DNA of 12,242 nt from Deltaproteobacteria bacterium (GTDB lineage: Bacteria; Desulfobacterota; Binatia; UBA12015). The stretch covers positions 1-12,242 of the forward strand of contig JAYGCM010000002.1 of the NCBI GenBank assembly GCA_046583355.1, in the 5' to 3' direction. Below, piece after piece: positions 1-7,528 of this stretch; position 1 is the first letter of the stretch, and the number at the start of each line of letters is the position of its first letter. The notes beneath the pieces are model-generated. The model did no database searches. It was not told the origin of the DNA and was given only the letters and a program-made list of their open reading frames with translations. Both the position numbers and the translations under genes were made by a program.

Positions 1-224
1 GTCGGTGCGATTCCGTAGAGCGTGCGCAACGAGCAATTCATCTGCGCGGCGATCTCGGCCATCGTGAGGGTGGCGAAACCCGGCTCCGCGCCGGCGACCT
101 CGAGTTCGTCGAGGATCTCACGCTGGCGCTCGGTGAGGCGCAGCTCGGCCTCGGCATCGAGCAAGGGTTTCGGAGCGCGGACCCCCGGAAAACGAAGCCG
201 CGTCTCGCCGGCGTTCAGGCTCAC
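1..224 (-). CDS. TetR/AcrR-family transcriptional regulator, N-terminal part (runs off the left edge)
   Basis: Hand translation from GTG at 224-222, which overlaps the atuA stop as GTGA: MSLNAGETRLRFPGVRAPKPLLDAEAELRLTERQREILDELEVAGAEPGFATLTMAEIAAQMNCSLRTLYGIAP. GFATLTMAEIAAQMNCSLRTLY matches the TetR HTH pattern (GF..tT...IA....vS..tlY). No stop codon before the window edge. Confidence 0.85.
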   Translation of the reverse strand, partial: MSLNAGETRLRFPGVRAPKPLLDAEAELRLTERQREILDELEVAGAEPGFATLTMAEIAAQMNCSLRTLYGIAP

Positions 225-1984
225 GGCAGCAGGCTCTCCGGGATCTCGACGACGCGCGCGCGCAGCCATTCGCCGAGGCTTTTTGCTTGCGGGTCCTGGC
301 GGGTCGAGGCCGCAACGCCTTCTTCGAGGAAGCCGTGCAGAACGAAATTGAGCGAGCGCAGGGCGGGCAGGCGGTGGCGGTCGACCGGCAACTCGCGCGC
401 CTCGGGAAGAAGCTCGCGGAGCTTCGCGGTGCTCAGAAAATCGTCAAGAAAAGCCCAGGCAGCATCGCTGCGCGCGAAGATGCCGACATTGGCGTTGCCG
501 CCCTTGTCGCCCGAGCGCGCCCCGAAGAGCAGGCCGAGCGGAGCCTTGCGGGTAGCTCCGTCCGGGGTGGAGATGGTCGGGCCGGCGGGTGGGTCGATTG
601 TGACCTGCTGGTGCGGGATCACCGAAGAAACCTCGGTGCTGCTGCCGCCCATGCCGAGGAGAGTCACCGCCTGCGGCACGCTGGCGGCAGGAATGGTCGC
701 CGTCTCAAGCACGCCGTAGGGGCGTCCGGGGCCGGGCCCTCCGCCGACGCCGAAGAAGCCGGGGATGGAGGCCAATGCGAGTTCGATCATCGCGTTGGTG
801 AAGGGGCGGCCGACCTTCTTCTCGTCGGGGTCTTTCACGCTGCAACGCCAGATCGCCACGGCACCTTCATTGGTGTCCGGGTCGGCCCTATCGTTACGCA
901 GCAGCCGGGTCTTCACGAAGGCATAATCTTCGGGGTCATAGGGGTTCGCGGCCCAGAAGGCTTCTTCGATGAGCGCAGCCTTTTTTTCGATATCGAGTCC
1001 CGTCAGACAAATATTTACATCGGAGCGGAAGCCGCCCGCCTTGTTGATGCAGACCTTGAGCGTCTCGGGTGGCGCCTCGCCGCGGATGCCATGCATGCGT
1101 ACGCGGTCCGGGCCGAGTTGTTCCAGTTCGATTGTATCGAAACGGCTGGTGACGTCCGGGCCGAGGTAGGCCGGACTGCCGATTTCGTAGAGCAGTTGCG
1201 AGGTGACGGTGCCGGTATTGACCTCGCCGGCGGTCCCCGCATGTTTGCCGATCACCGAGGAGCCGTCGGCGGCGACTTCGGCCCAGGGGAAGCCCGGGTG
1301 GATGAGGTCGGGAATCTCGTGGAAGAAGGAGTAGTTGCCGCCGGTGGCCTGGGTCGAGCATTCGATCACGTGGCCGGCGGTGACAGCGCCGGCGAGTTGA
1401 TCATAATCCATGCGTGACCAGCCATGGTGCCAGGCGGCCGGGCCGCAGACGATGGCGGCGTCGGTGGCGCGTCCCGTGATGACGATATCAGCGCCCTGGT
1501 GCAAAGCCTCGACGATGCCCCAGCAGCCGAGGTAGGCGTTGGCTGTCATATAGGCCGAGGTGTCTTCGATCTTCGCGCCGGTCTCGAAGTGGCGAAGCTC
1601 GCCGCTGGCGGCGCGCTCCGCGATGGTCGGTAAAAGGTCGTCGCCCGAGACATAGGCAATTTTCGGATGCAGGCCCAATTTTGCGGCGACCTGGGCGACC
1701 GCGTCCGCGCAGCCGTCCGGGTCGAGTCCGCCGGCGTTGGAGACCACCTTGATGCCCTTGTCGAGGCAGGTGCCCATGACGTCTTCCATCTGCCGCACGA
1801 AGGTCTGGGCGTAGCCGCCGCTGGGCCGCTTGGCGCGCTTGCGGGCGAGGATGAGCATGGTGAGTTCGGCGAGCCAATCGCCCGTGAGGACATCGATCGG
1901 GCCATCTTCGACCATCTCGCGCGCGGCCGAGAGGCGGTCGCCGAAGAAGCCGGAACAATTCGCGATGCGGATCGGCTCGGCCAT
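221..1984 (-). CDS. atuA: Acyclic terpene utilization AtuA-family protein (DUF1446) with C-terminal ARSGDKG domain, 587 aa
   Basis: N-terminal IRIANCSGFFGDR and DVLTGDWLAELTM, internal ANAYLGCWGI, ITGRATDAA, AGHVIECSTQATGGN, QLLYEI, and C-terminal ARSGDKGGNANVG and DPQAKSLGE motifs are typical of the family. The start overlaps the upstream stop (TGATG at 1986-1982). Confidence 0.93.
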   Translation of the reverse strand: MAEPIRIANCSGFFGDRLSAAREMVEDGPIDVLTGDWLAELTMLILARKRAKRPSGGYAQTFVRQMEDVMGTCLDKGIKVVSNAGGLDPDGCADAVAQVAAKLGLHPKIAYVSGDDLLPTIAERAASGELRHFETGAKIEDTSAYMTANAYLGCWGIVEALHQGADIVITGRATDAAIVCGPAAWHHGWSRMDYDQLAGAVTAGHVIECSTQATGGNYSFFHEIPDLIHPGFPWAEVAADGSSVIGKHAGTAGEVNTGTVTSQLLYEIGSPAYLGPDVTSRFDTIELEQLGPDRVRMHGIRGEAPPETLKVCINKAGGFRSDVNICLTGLDIEKKAALIEEAFWAANPYDPEDYAFVKTRLLRNDRADPDTNEGAVAIWRCSVKDPDEKKVGRPFTNAMIELALASIPGFFGVGGGPGPGRPYGVLETATIPAASVPQAVTLLGMGGSSTEVSSVIPHQQVTIDPPAGPTISTPDGATRKAPLGLLFGARSGDKGGNANVGIFARSDAAWAFLDDFLSTAKLRELLPEARELPVDRHRLPALRSLNFVLHGFLEEGVAASTRQDPQAKSLGEWLRARVVEIPESLLP

Positions 1985-3924
1985 CAGCTCTCTCCGCCAG
2001 TGGGCTCGACAACCAGGAGGAGGGCGCCGTTTTCGACCTGGTCGCCGGTGGCAATCCGCAATTCTTTGACAATCCCGTCTTCCGGCGCCTGGATGGGATG
2101 CTCCATTTTCATCGCTTCGAGCAGCAAAAGCGTATCGCCTGCTGCCACTGTATCGCCCTCGGCGACCCGGACCTCGATGACCTTGCCCGGCATGGGTGCG
2201 GTGAGTCCGCCGCTGGCGGTCTCGATCTGCGGCAGAGTAAAGCGCGGCAGTAGCTCGAACTCGATATCGCCCCCCGGCATGCCCACCAGGACCATGGCGC
2301 CGTGGCGCGAGATTTCGGCATCGATGCGCAGGCCGTCGATCTCGATTTCAATCGAGCCGCCCCAGATCTCGTGCACTTGTGCGCGTGCGCCTTCTCCCAT
2401 GCGGAAGCTGCCGTCGCGTTCGCTACGGTAGGTGACCTCGATTTCGTTCTCGCCACAGCGGAAGACCATACGCTCCGGTGGCATCACACCGTTGCGCCAA
2501 CCGCTCGGTGCCCGGCCGAGCACCAGGGCGTCGCGTCGGTTCTGGTCCTGCACGAAGAGGGCGGCCGCGCGCGCAGCAAAGAGCTGCTCGTCGCTGCTGA
2601 AGATGCGGCGCCGCGCCGGTTTCACGCGCTCGATGAAATCGGTGGTGGTATCGCCGGCGAGAAATTCCGGGGTGCGCAGCGTGGCAGCGAGGAAGTCGCG
2701 GTTGGTTGTGACACCCCCGAGATGAAGGCGCTCCAGCGCCAGCGCAAGTCGCCCGGCCGCCTCTTGGCGCGTCGCGGCATGGGCAATCACTTTGGCCAGC
2801 ATCGGGTCGAAATCCGTTCCGACCACCGAGCCCTGGGAGATGCCGGAGTCCCAACGGACGTCGGGTTCGTCGATGGCGCAGGCGTAGATGGTTCCGGTGG
2901 CGGGCAGGAAATCGTTGGCCGGGTCCTCAGCATAGAGGCGCGCCTCGATCGCCGCGCCGGCGAATTCGATATCTTCCTGCGCGTAGCCGAGCTCTTCGCC
3001 CGCGGCGATGCGCAGCTGCTCGCGTACGAGGTCGATGCCGGTAACGGCTTCCGTGACCGGATGCTCCACCTGTAGGCGGGTATTGACCTCGAGGAAGAAG
3101 AACTCACCACTTTCATCGTCGAAGAGAAACTCGACGGTACCGGCGGACTCGTAATGCAATGCGCTGGCGAGCGAGAGGGCGGCGGCGCCCATGGTCTCGC
3201 GCAACTCGGCGCTGATGCGCGGCGAAGGCGACTCTTCGATGATTTTCTGATGCCGGCGCTGGATGGAGCATTCCCGCTCGCCGAGATGCACGATATTCCC
3301 GTGTGCATCGCCGAGGATCTGAATTTCGATATGACGAGCGCGCGGTACATAGCGCTCGAGAAAGACGCGATCGTCGCCGAAGCCGCTTTTGGCTTCGCGC
3401 TGCGCCGCCTCGATTGCTGCTTGCAGCAACTCGGGCTTCTCGACGACACGCATGCCCTTGCCGCCACCGCCGGCGGCTGCCTTGACGAGTACCGGGTAGC
3501 CGATCTTCTCGGCCGCGGCTGCGTTGCAATCGTCTGAGCCAGGCAGGGTGGGCACACCGACTTCTTCGGCCAGCTTGCGGGCTTCGATTTTGTCGCCCAT
3601 GCGCGTGATCGCCTCGGGCGAGGGGCCGACCCAGGCAAGCCCTGCGGCCTTGACCTCGGCGGCAAACGCGGCATTTTCCGAAAGGAAGCCATAGCCGGGG
3701 TGAATCGCGCCGGCGCCGGTGCGCTTGGCGGCTTCGAGAATGGCGGCGCTGTCCATATAGGTGCCGGGCAGGCGCACGGCCATATCGGCGTTGCGCACGT
3801 GCAGGGCATCCGCGTCGGCGTCGGTATAGACCGCGACCGAGCGCAGCCCCATTTCGGTCGCCGAACGCATGATGCGACAAGCGATCTCGCCGCGGTTTGC
3901 GATGAGGAGGGTAGTGAAGCTCAT
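1984..3924 (-). CDS. Biotin-dependent acyl-CoA carboxylase alpha subunit (biotin carboxylase plus biotin carrier), AtuF/MCC-alpha/AccA2-like, 646 aa
   Basis: LIANRGEIA, IHPGYGFLSEN, KAAAGGGGKGMR, ERECSIQRRHQK, EVNTRLQVEHPVTE, and the biotinylation motif EAMKM (2118-2104). ATGA overlap with the upstream stop at 3924-3921. Confidence 0.96.
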   Translation of the reverse strand: MSFTTLLIANRGEIACRIMRSATEMGLRSVAVYTDADADALHVRNADMAVRLPGTYMDSAAILEAAKRTGAGAIHPGYGFLSENAAFAAEVKAAGLAWVGPSPEAITRMGDKIEARKLAEEVGVPTLPGSDDCNAAAAEKIGYPVLVKAAAGGGGKGMRVVEKPELLQAAIEAAQREAKSGFGDDRVFLERYVPRARHIEIQILGDAHGNIVHLGERECSIQRRHQKIIEESPSPRISAELRETMGAAALSLASALHYESAGTVEFLFDDESGEFFFLEVNTRLQVEHPVTEAVTGIDLVREQLRIAAGEELGYAQEDIEFAGAAIEARLYAEDPANDFLPATGTIYACAIDEPDVRWDSGISQGSVVGTDFDPMLAKVIAHAATRQEAAGRLALALERLHLGGVTTNRDFLAATLRTPEFLAGDTTTDFIERVKPARRRIFSSDEQLFAARAAALFVQDQNRRDALVLGRAPSGWRNGVMPPERMVFRCGENEIEVTYRSERDGSFRMGEGARAQVHEIWGGSIEIEIDGLRIDAEISRHGAMVLVGMPGGDIEFELLPRFTLPQIETASGGLTAPMPGKVIEVRVAEGDTVAAGDTLLLLEAMKMEHPIQAPEDGIVKELRIATGDQVENGALLLVVEPTGGES

Positions 3925-5609
3925 AGCCGGAATACTCCGTAGCTTTCGGCGCCTTCGATCGGGCGGTTGCGTACGATGGACAGGCAGATGCCAAGAACGG
4001 TGCGCGTGTCGCGCGGGTCGATGATGCCATCGTCAGTGATGGCGCTGGTTGCGGAGAGGGCCAGTTCGTTGCGGCGCTCTGAGGCGATCACCGCCTCTAC
4101 CAGTTGGCGATCGGCCTCTTCGTCAAATTCGATTCCCTTGCGCAATGCCTGACCGCGCCGGACGATCGACATCACGCCAGCGAGTTGCTCGGGGCCCATG
4201 ACGGCAATCTTCGCGCTCGGCCACAAAAAGGTGAAGCGGTTATTGAAAGCACGTCCGCTCATCGCGTAGGTGCCGGCGCCGTAGGAGTTGCCGACGATCA
4301 CGGTGATATGCGGCACCGTCGAGTTCGAGATCGCATTGATCATCTGCGAACCCTTCTTGACCATGCCGTCATGCTCGAAATCGCGGCCGACCATGAAGCC
4401 CGTGATATTTTGCAAGAAGAGGATAGGCAGGTCGATCTGGTTGCAGAGCTGGATGAAATGCGCGGCCTTCTGCGCCGAGTCGGTATAGAGCACGCCGTTG
4501 TTGCCGAGGATGCCGACCGGGTAGCCCTCGATCGAGGCGAAGCCGCAGACGATGCTCGGCCCCCAGCGGGGTTTGAACTCTTCAAAGCGTGAGCCATCGA
4601 CGATACGCGCAATCACATCCTTGATGTCCAGAGGTCGCTTCAGGTCTTTATGGACGATGCCGAGGAGTTCCTCGGCATCAAAGATCGGCTCGTCCGGGCG
4701 CAGGGCGGGCGCAGGGCCGGCCTTGCTCCAATTGAGATGGGAGACGACCTCGCGGGCCAGGCGCAGCGCATCGCTTTCGTCTTCGGCGAGATACTCACCG
4801 AGTCCCGAGATCTCCGCGTGCATTTTCGCGCCGCCGAGTGTTTCGGCGTCGGATTCCTCGCCCGTGGCCATCTTCACCAGGGGAGGCCCGGCGAGAAAAA
4901 TCTTGGACTGATCTTTGATGACGATATTATAATCCGACATGCCCGGCTGGTAGGCGCCGCCGGCCGTCGAGGAGCCGAAGACGACGCAGACGGTCGGGAT
5001 GCGCATCTTGGAGAGCTCAATGGTCTCGTAGAAGGTGCGTCCGGTCTGCGCGAAATGGTCGACCCGTGCGGGTCGGCTTTTCTTCTTGCCGCCGCTCTCG
5101 TTGCTGCGCCGCAAATCCGCACCGGCGGATTCGACGAAGCTCACATAGGGGATGCCGTTGTCGCGCGCGATCTCGAGCGCGCGTTCCCATTTTTTGTAGA
5201 CATAGGGAGTGAGCGCGCCGCCCAGCACGGTCGGGTCGTTGGCGAAGATCACGCATTCGACGCCGGCAATCACGCCGATGCCGAGGATGGCGCCGCCGCC
5301 GATCGGGTAATCCGAGCCCCAGCCGGCCAGCGAGGAGATCTCCAGAAAGGGGCTATCGGGGTCGAGCACGAGTGCGATGCGCTCGCGCACGGGCAGCTTG
5401 CCGCGCTTGGCCAGGCGTTCGTGGTATGCCGCGCCGCCGCCCATCGAGCCTTCGGCGAGCAACTTGGCAATCTCTTCGATGCGCTCGAGCATGGCGTCGC
5501 GGTTTTCGGCGAAATCTTGCGAGCGTGGATTCAGGCCGGAGCGTAATGCTTCGGCGAGGAGGGTGGGCCGCGCAGGCCCTCGACTTTCTTCTTGCATTGG
5601 GATTCCCAT
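3921..5609 (-). CDS. Acyl-CoA carboxylase beta subunit (carboxyltransferase), AtuC/MCC-beta/AccD2-like, about 560 aa
   Basis: RGKLPVRERI, ANDPTVLGG, ESAGADL, STAGGAYQPGMSD, FLAGPPLVKMATGE, QNITGFMVG, SYGAGTYAM and DDGIIDPRDTR. The start is uncertain (ATG 5609 or ATG 5597). Confidence 0.95.
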   Translation of the reverse strand: MGIPMQEESRGPARPTLLAEALRSGLNPRSQDFAENRDAMLERIEEIAKLLAEGSMGGGAAYHERLAKRGKLPVRERIALVLDPDSPFLEISSLAGWGSDYPIGGGAILGIGVIAGVECVIFANDPTVLGGALTPYVYKKWERALEIARDNGIPYVSFVESAGADLRRSNESGGKKKSRPARVDHFAQTGRTFYETIELSKMRIPTVCVVFGSSTAGGAYQPGMSDYNIVIKDQSKIFLAGPPLVKMATGEESDAETLGGAKMHAEISGLGEYLAEDESDALRLAREVVSHLNWSKAGPAPALRPDEPIFDAEELLGIVHKDLKRPLDIKDVIARIVDGSRFEEFKPRWGPSIVCGFASIEGYPVGILGNNGVLYTDSAQKAAHFIQLCNQIDLPILFLQNITGFMVGRDFEHDGMVKKGSQMINAISNSTVPHITVIVGNSYGAGTYAMSGRAFNNRFTFLWPSAKIAVMGPEQLAGVMSIVRRGQALRKGIEFDEEADRQLVEAVIASERRNELALSATSAITDDGIIDPRDTRTVLGICLSIVRNRPIEGAESYGVFRL

Positions 5610-5685
5610 GGTCTGCGGTAGCTCGGTGGCATCCGGGGCGAAGGCCCCGCGGGTCCCGAGTACGTGTCCGAGGGGGTAGCATCAT

Positions 5686-5713
5686 CGGTAATAGAATCCA
5701 ATCCATATTACCG
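5686..5713. promoter_or_regulatory. Palindromic operator-like site 1 (probable TetR binding site)
   Basis: CGGTAATA-gaatccaatcca-TATTACCG: a perfect 8-bp inverted repeat with a 12-nt spacer, in an AT-richer divergent intergenic region. Confidence 0.7.
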
Positions 5714-5750
5714 CCCGAGTTACCTCCGAAACCGAATCCGGAAGGCTACG

Positions 5751-5779
5751 TTGACAGTGAACCAATGGTGCGGTAACGA
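5751..5779 (+). promoter_or_regulatory. Putative sigma70-type promoter for the rightward operon
   Basis: Consensus TTGACA at 5751-5756, a 17-nt spacer, then a weak -10 candidate TAACGA at 5774-5779 that lies inside operator site 2. Confidence 0.5.
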
Positions 5780-5799
5780 AACCCAACCTATATTACCGC
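5770..5799. promoter_or_regulatory. Palindromic operator-like site 2 (probable TetR binding site)
   Basis: GCGGTAA-cgaaacccaacctata-TTACCGC has the same half-site spacing as site 1. 5771-5799 matches 5686-5714 at 23 of 29 positions. Confidence 0.7.
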
Positions 5800-5821
5800 T
5801 GCTCTTACCGCGCAGCGGCGT

Positions 5822-6610
5822 TTGCAGGAGTCGATCATCAGCAAGATCAAAGTCGAGACAAGGCGCGGCGTGATGACTTTCACGCTCTGCGATGTGGAGA
5901 ACCGCAACGCATTGAGCGCGGAGATTCTGTGCGGGCTCTCCGATGCCCTTGAGGCGGCGAATTCCGATGCGGCGATCCGCGCGCTGGTTGTCACCAACGA
6001 AGGCAATACCTTCTGTGCGGGCGCCAACCTGAAGCAACAATCGGGTGGCCCGAAGACCGGCCGTCCCTCGGTGGGCTTTGCTGAATTGCTGCATCGTATC
6101 CAGACCTCACCGACGCCCGTGATCGGGCGGATCGACGGCCATGTCGTTGGTGGGGGCAACGGGCTTGCGGCAGCCTTCGATATCTCGATTGCCCGTGCGG
6201 ATGTGAAATTCGGCTTCACCGAGGTTCGTATCGGGGTTGTGCCGGCGATCATCTCGGTGGTTTGTTTGCCCAAAATGAACCGCGGCAATGCCATGGAGGC
6301 CTTTCTGCGCGGTCACCGCTTCCCCGCGACGCGGGCGGCTGAGATGGGGTTGATCAATTTTGCGGTCCCGGGCGACCAACTCGACGCCACCATTGCCGAT
6401 ATTCTCTCGGACATCTGTCGCGGCGGCCCGCATGCTGTCGCCGAGGCCAAGCGTCTGGTCAATGAGGTGCCGAAGATGGCCGAGGCCGAGGCCTTCCGAG
6501 TGATGGCGAAACGCTCGGCGGCGCTCTTCAAGGGCGAGGAGGCGAAAGCCGGCATGACGGCCTTCCTCAAAAAAGAAAAGGCTCCCTGGGTCCCGGAGGA
6601 GGAATCGTGA
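5822..6610 (+). CDS. Enoyl-CoA hydratase/crotonase family, methylglutaconyl-/isohexenylglutaconyl-CoA hydratase-like (LiuC/AtuE/EchA7 group), about 260 aa
   Basis: NRNALS, FCAGANL, PVIGRIDGHVVGGGNGL, FGFTEVRIGVVPAIIS and EAKAGMTAFLKK motifs, next to a biotin carboxylase. The start is uncertain (TTG 5822, or SD-supported ATC 5837). Confidence 0.92.
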   Translation: MQESIISKIKVETRRGVMTFTLCDVENRNALSAEILCGLSDALEAANSDAAIRALVVTNEGNTFCAGANLKQQSGGPKTGRPSVGFAELLHRIQTSPTPVIGRIDGHVVGGGNGLAAAFDISIARADVKFGFTEVRIGVVPAIISVVCLPKMNRGNAMEAFLRGHRFPATRAAEMGLINFAVPGDQLDATIADILSDICRGGPHAVAEAKRLVNEVPKMAEAEAFRVMAKRSAALFKGEEAKAGMTAFLKKEKAPWVPEEES

Positions 6611-6712
6611 GCAAGCCGACACGGCAGAACCTCTCCCCTCCCAGCGGCGCATTCCAATCGCCGATGGCACGCATTGCCGCGCGCCGAAACGCCTCGGCTC
6701 AGGAGTCCTTTG

Positions 6713-7504
6713 ATGTTGCAGGAAAGTGACGATTTTCGCGCGGAGGCAGATGTCCTCCATGAATTCCTGACAACGCTGCCGACGGCCGCCTGGGATCGTC
6801 CGACGGCTTTCCTGGGCTGGACGCCCTGGGACGTCGTGGCCCATCTTCATTATTTCGACCTCGTCTCGGAGCTTTCGCTTGCCGGCGAGGAAGCCTTCAC
6901 GCCGAAGCGCGATGCGCTGGTCCAGAAGCTGATGGCGCGCCAGACGAACCAGCAGATCGCGCGTGCGGCGTTCGCTGATATCACGCCGGCCGTGCTGCTG
7001 GAGAAATGGCAAACGACCTACCGCCGGCTCACCGACGCGCTCTCGGCCTCGGATGCGAAGCGTCGCCTGCCTTGGTTCGGGCCGGATATGGGCGTGCGGA
7101 TGTTCACGACGGCGCGCTATATGGAGGTCTGGTCGCATAGCCAGGAGATCTACGACCTCATGCAGGTTGCGCGGACCTATGACGACCGCATTCGCAATAT
7201 CGTGACCATCGGGATGAAGACTTTTGCCTGGACCTTCGTGAACCGGGGCGAGGAGGTGCCGGGCCCGCCGCCTTATGTGCGGCTCGAGGCACCGTCTGGC
7301 GAGATCTGGGAATACGGCGAGCCAAGCGAGACGGAAAGCGTCCAAGGTAGCGCGGCGGAATTTTGCCATGTCGTTACCCAGGGACGCAATATTGCCGATG
7401 TGGGCCTTGCGGTGAAGGGGCCTATCGCGACACGCTGGATGTCCGTCGCGCAATGTTTTGCGGGTGGGGCGATTGATCCGCCCAAGCCCGGCACGCGCGG
7501 TTGA
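6713..7504 (+). CDS. TIGR03084-family metal-binding protein (MDMPI/DinB-like N-domain plus C-terminal 'wyosine base formation'-type domain), 263 aa
   Basis: AGGAG at 6701-6705 lies 7 nt before ATG 6713. Motifs WTPWDVVAHL, LPWFGPDM, ARYMEVWSHSQEI, EFCHVVTQGR and AQCFAG match my recollection of this family. Confidence 0.85.
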   Translation: MLQESDDFRAEADVLHEFLTTLPTAAWDRPTAFLGWTPWDVVAHLHYFDLVSELSLAGEEAFTPKRDALVQKLMARQTNQQIARAAFADITPAVLLEKWQTTYRRLTDALSASDAKRRLPWFGPDMGVRMFTTARYMEVWSHSQEIYDLMQVARTYDDRIRNIVTIGMKTFAWTFVNRGEEVPGPPPYVRLEAPSGEIWEYGEPSETESVQGSAAEFCHVVTQGRNIADVGLAVKGPIATRWMSVAQCFAGGAIDPPKPGTRG

Positions 7505-7528
7505 GCGGCCAGGATGGAGGAGGGGTGA

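Noticed and set aside
22..351. Track ORFs 22-351 (+) and 118-315 (-)
   Set aside because: They are Arg/Ser-rich off-frame readings. The TetR frame starting at 224 explains the region.
287..5546. Plus-strand ORFs such as 287-1417, 1667-2431, 2302-3075 and 4650-5546
   Set aside because: They are antisense to atuA and the carboxylase genes and show no independent coding evidence.
5686..5811. Two repeats 85 bp apart read as a mini CRISPR array
   Set aside because: There are only two imperfect copies, no cas genes, and they sit in a divergent promoter region, which fits operator sites better.
6674..6712. TTG 6674 start for the TIGR03084 gene
   Set aside because: ATG 6713 has a well-spaced AGGAG and gives a family-like N-terminus.
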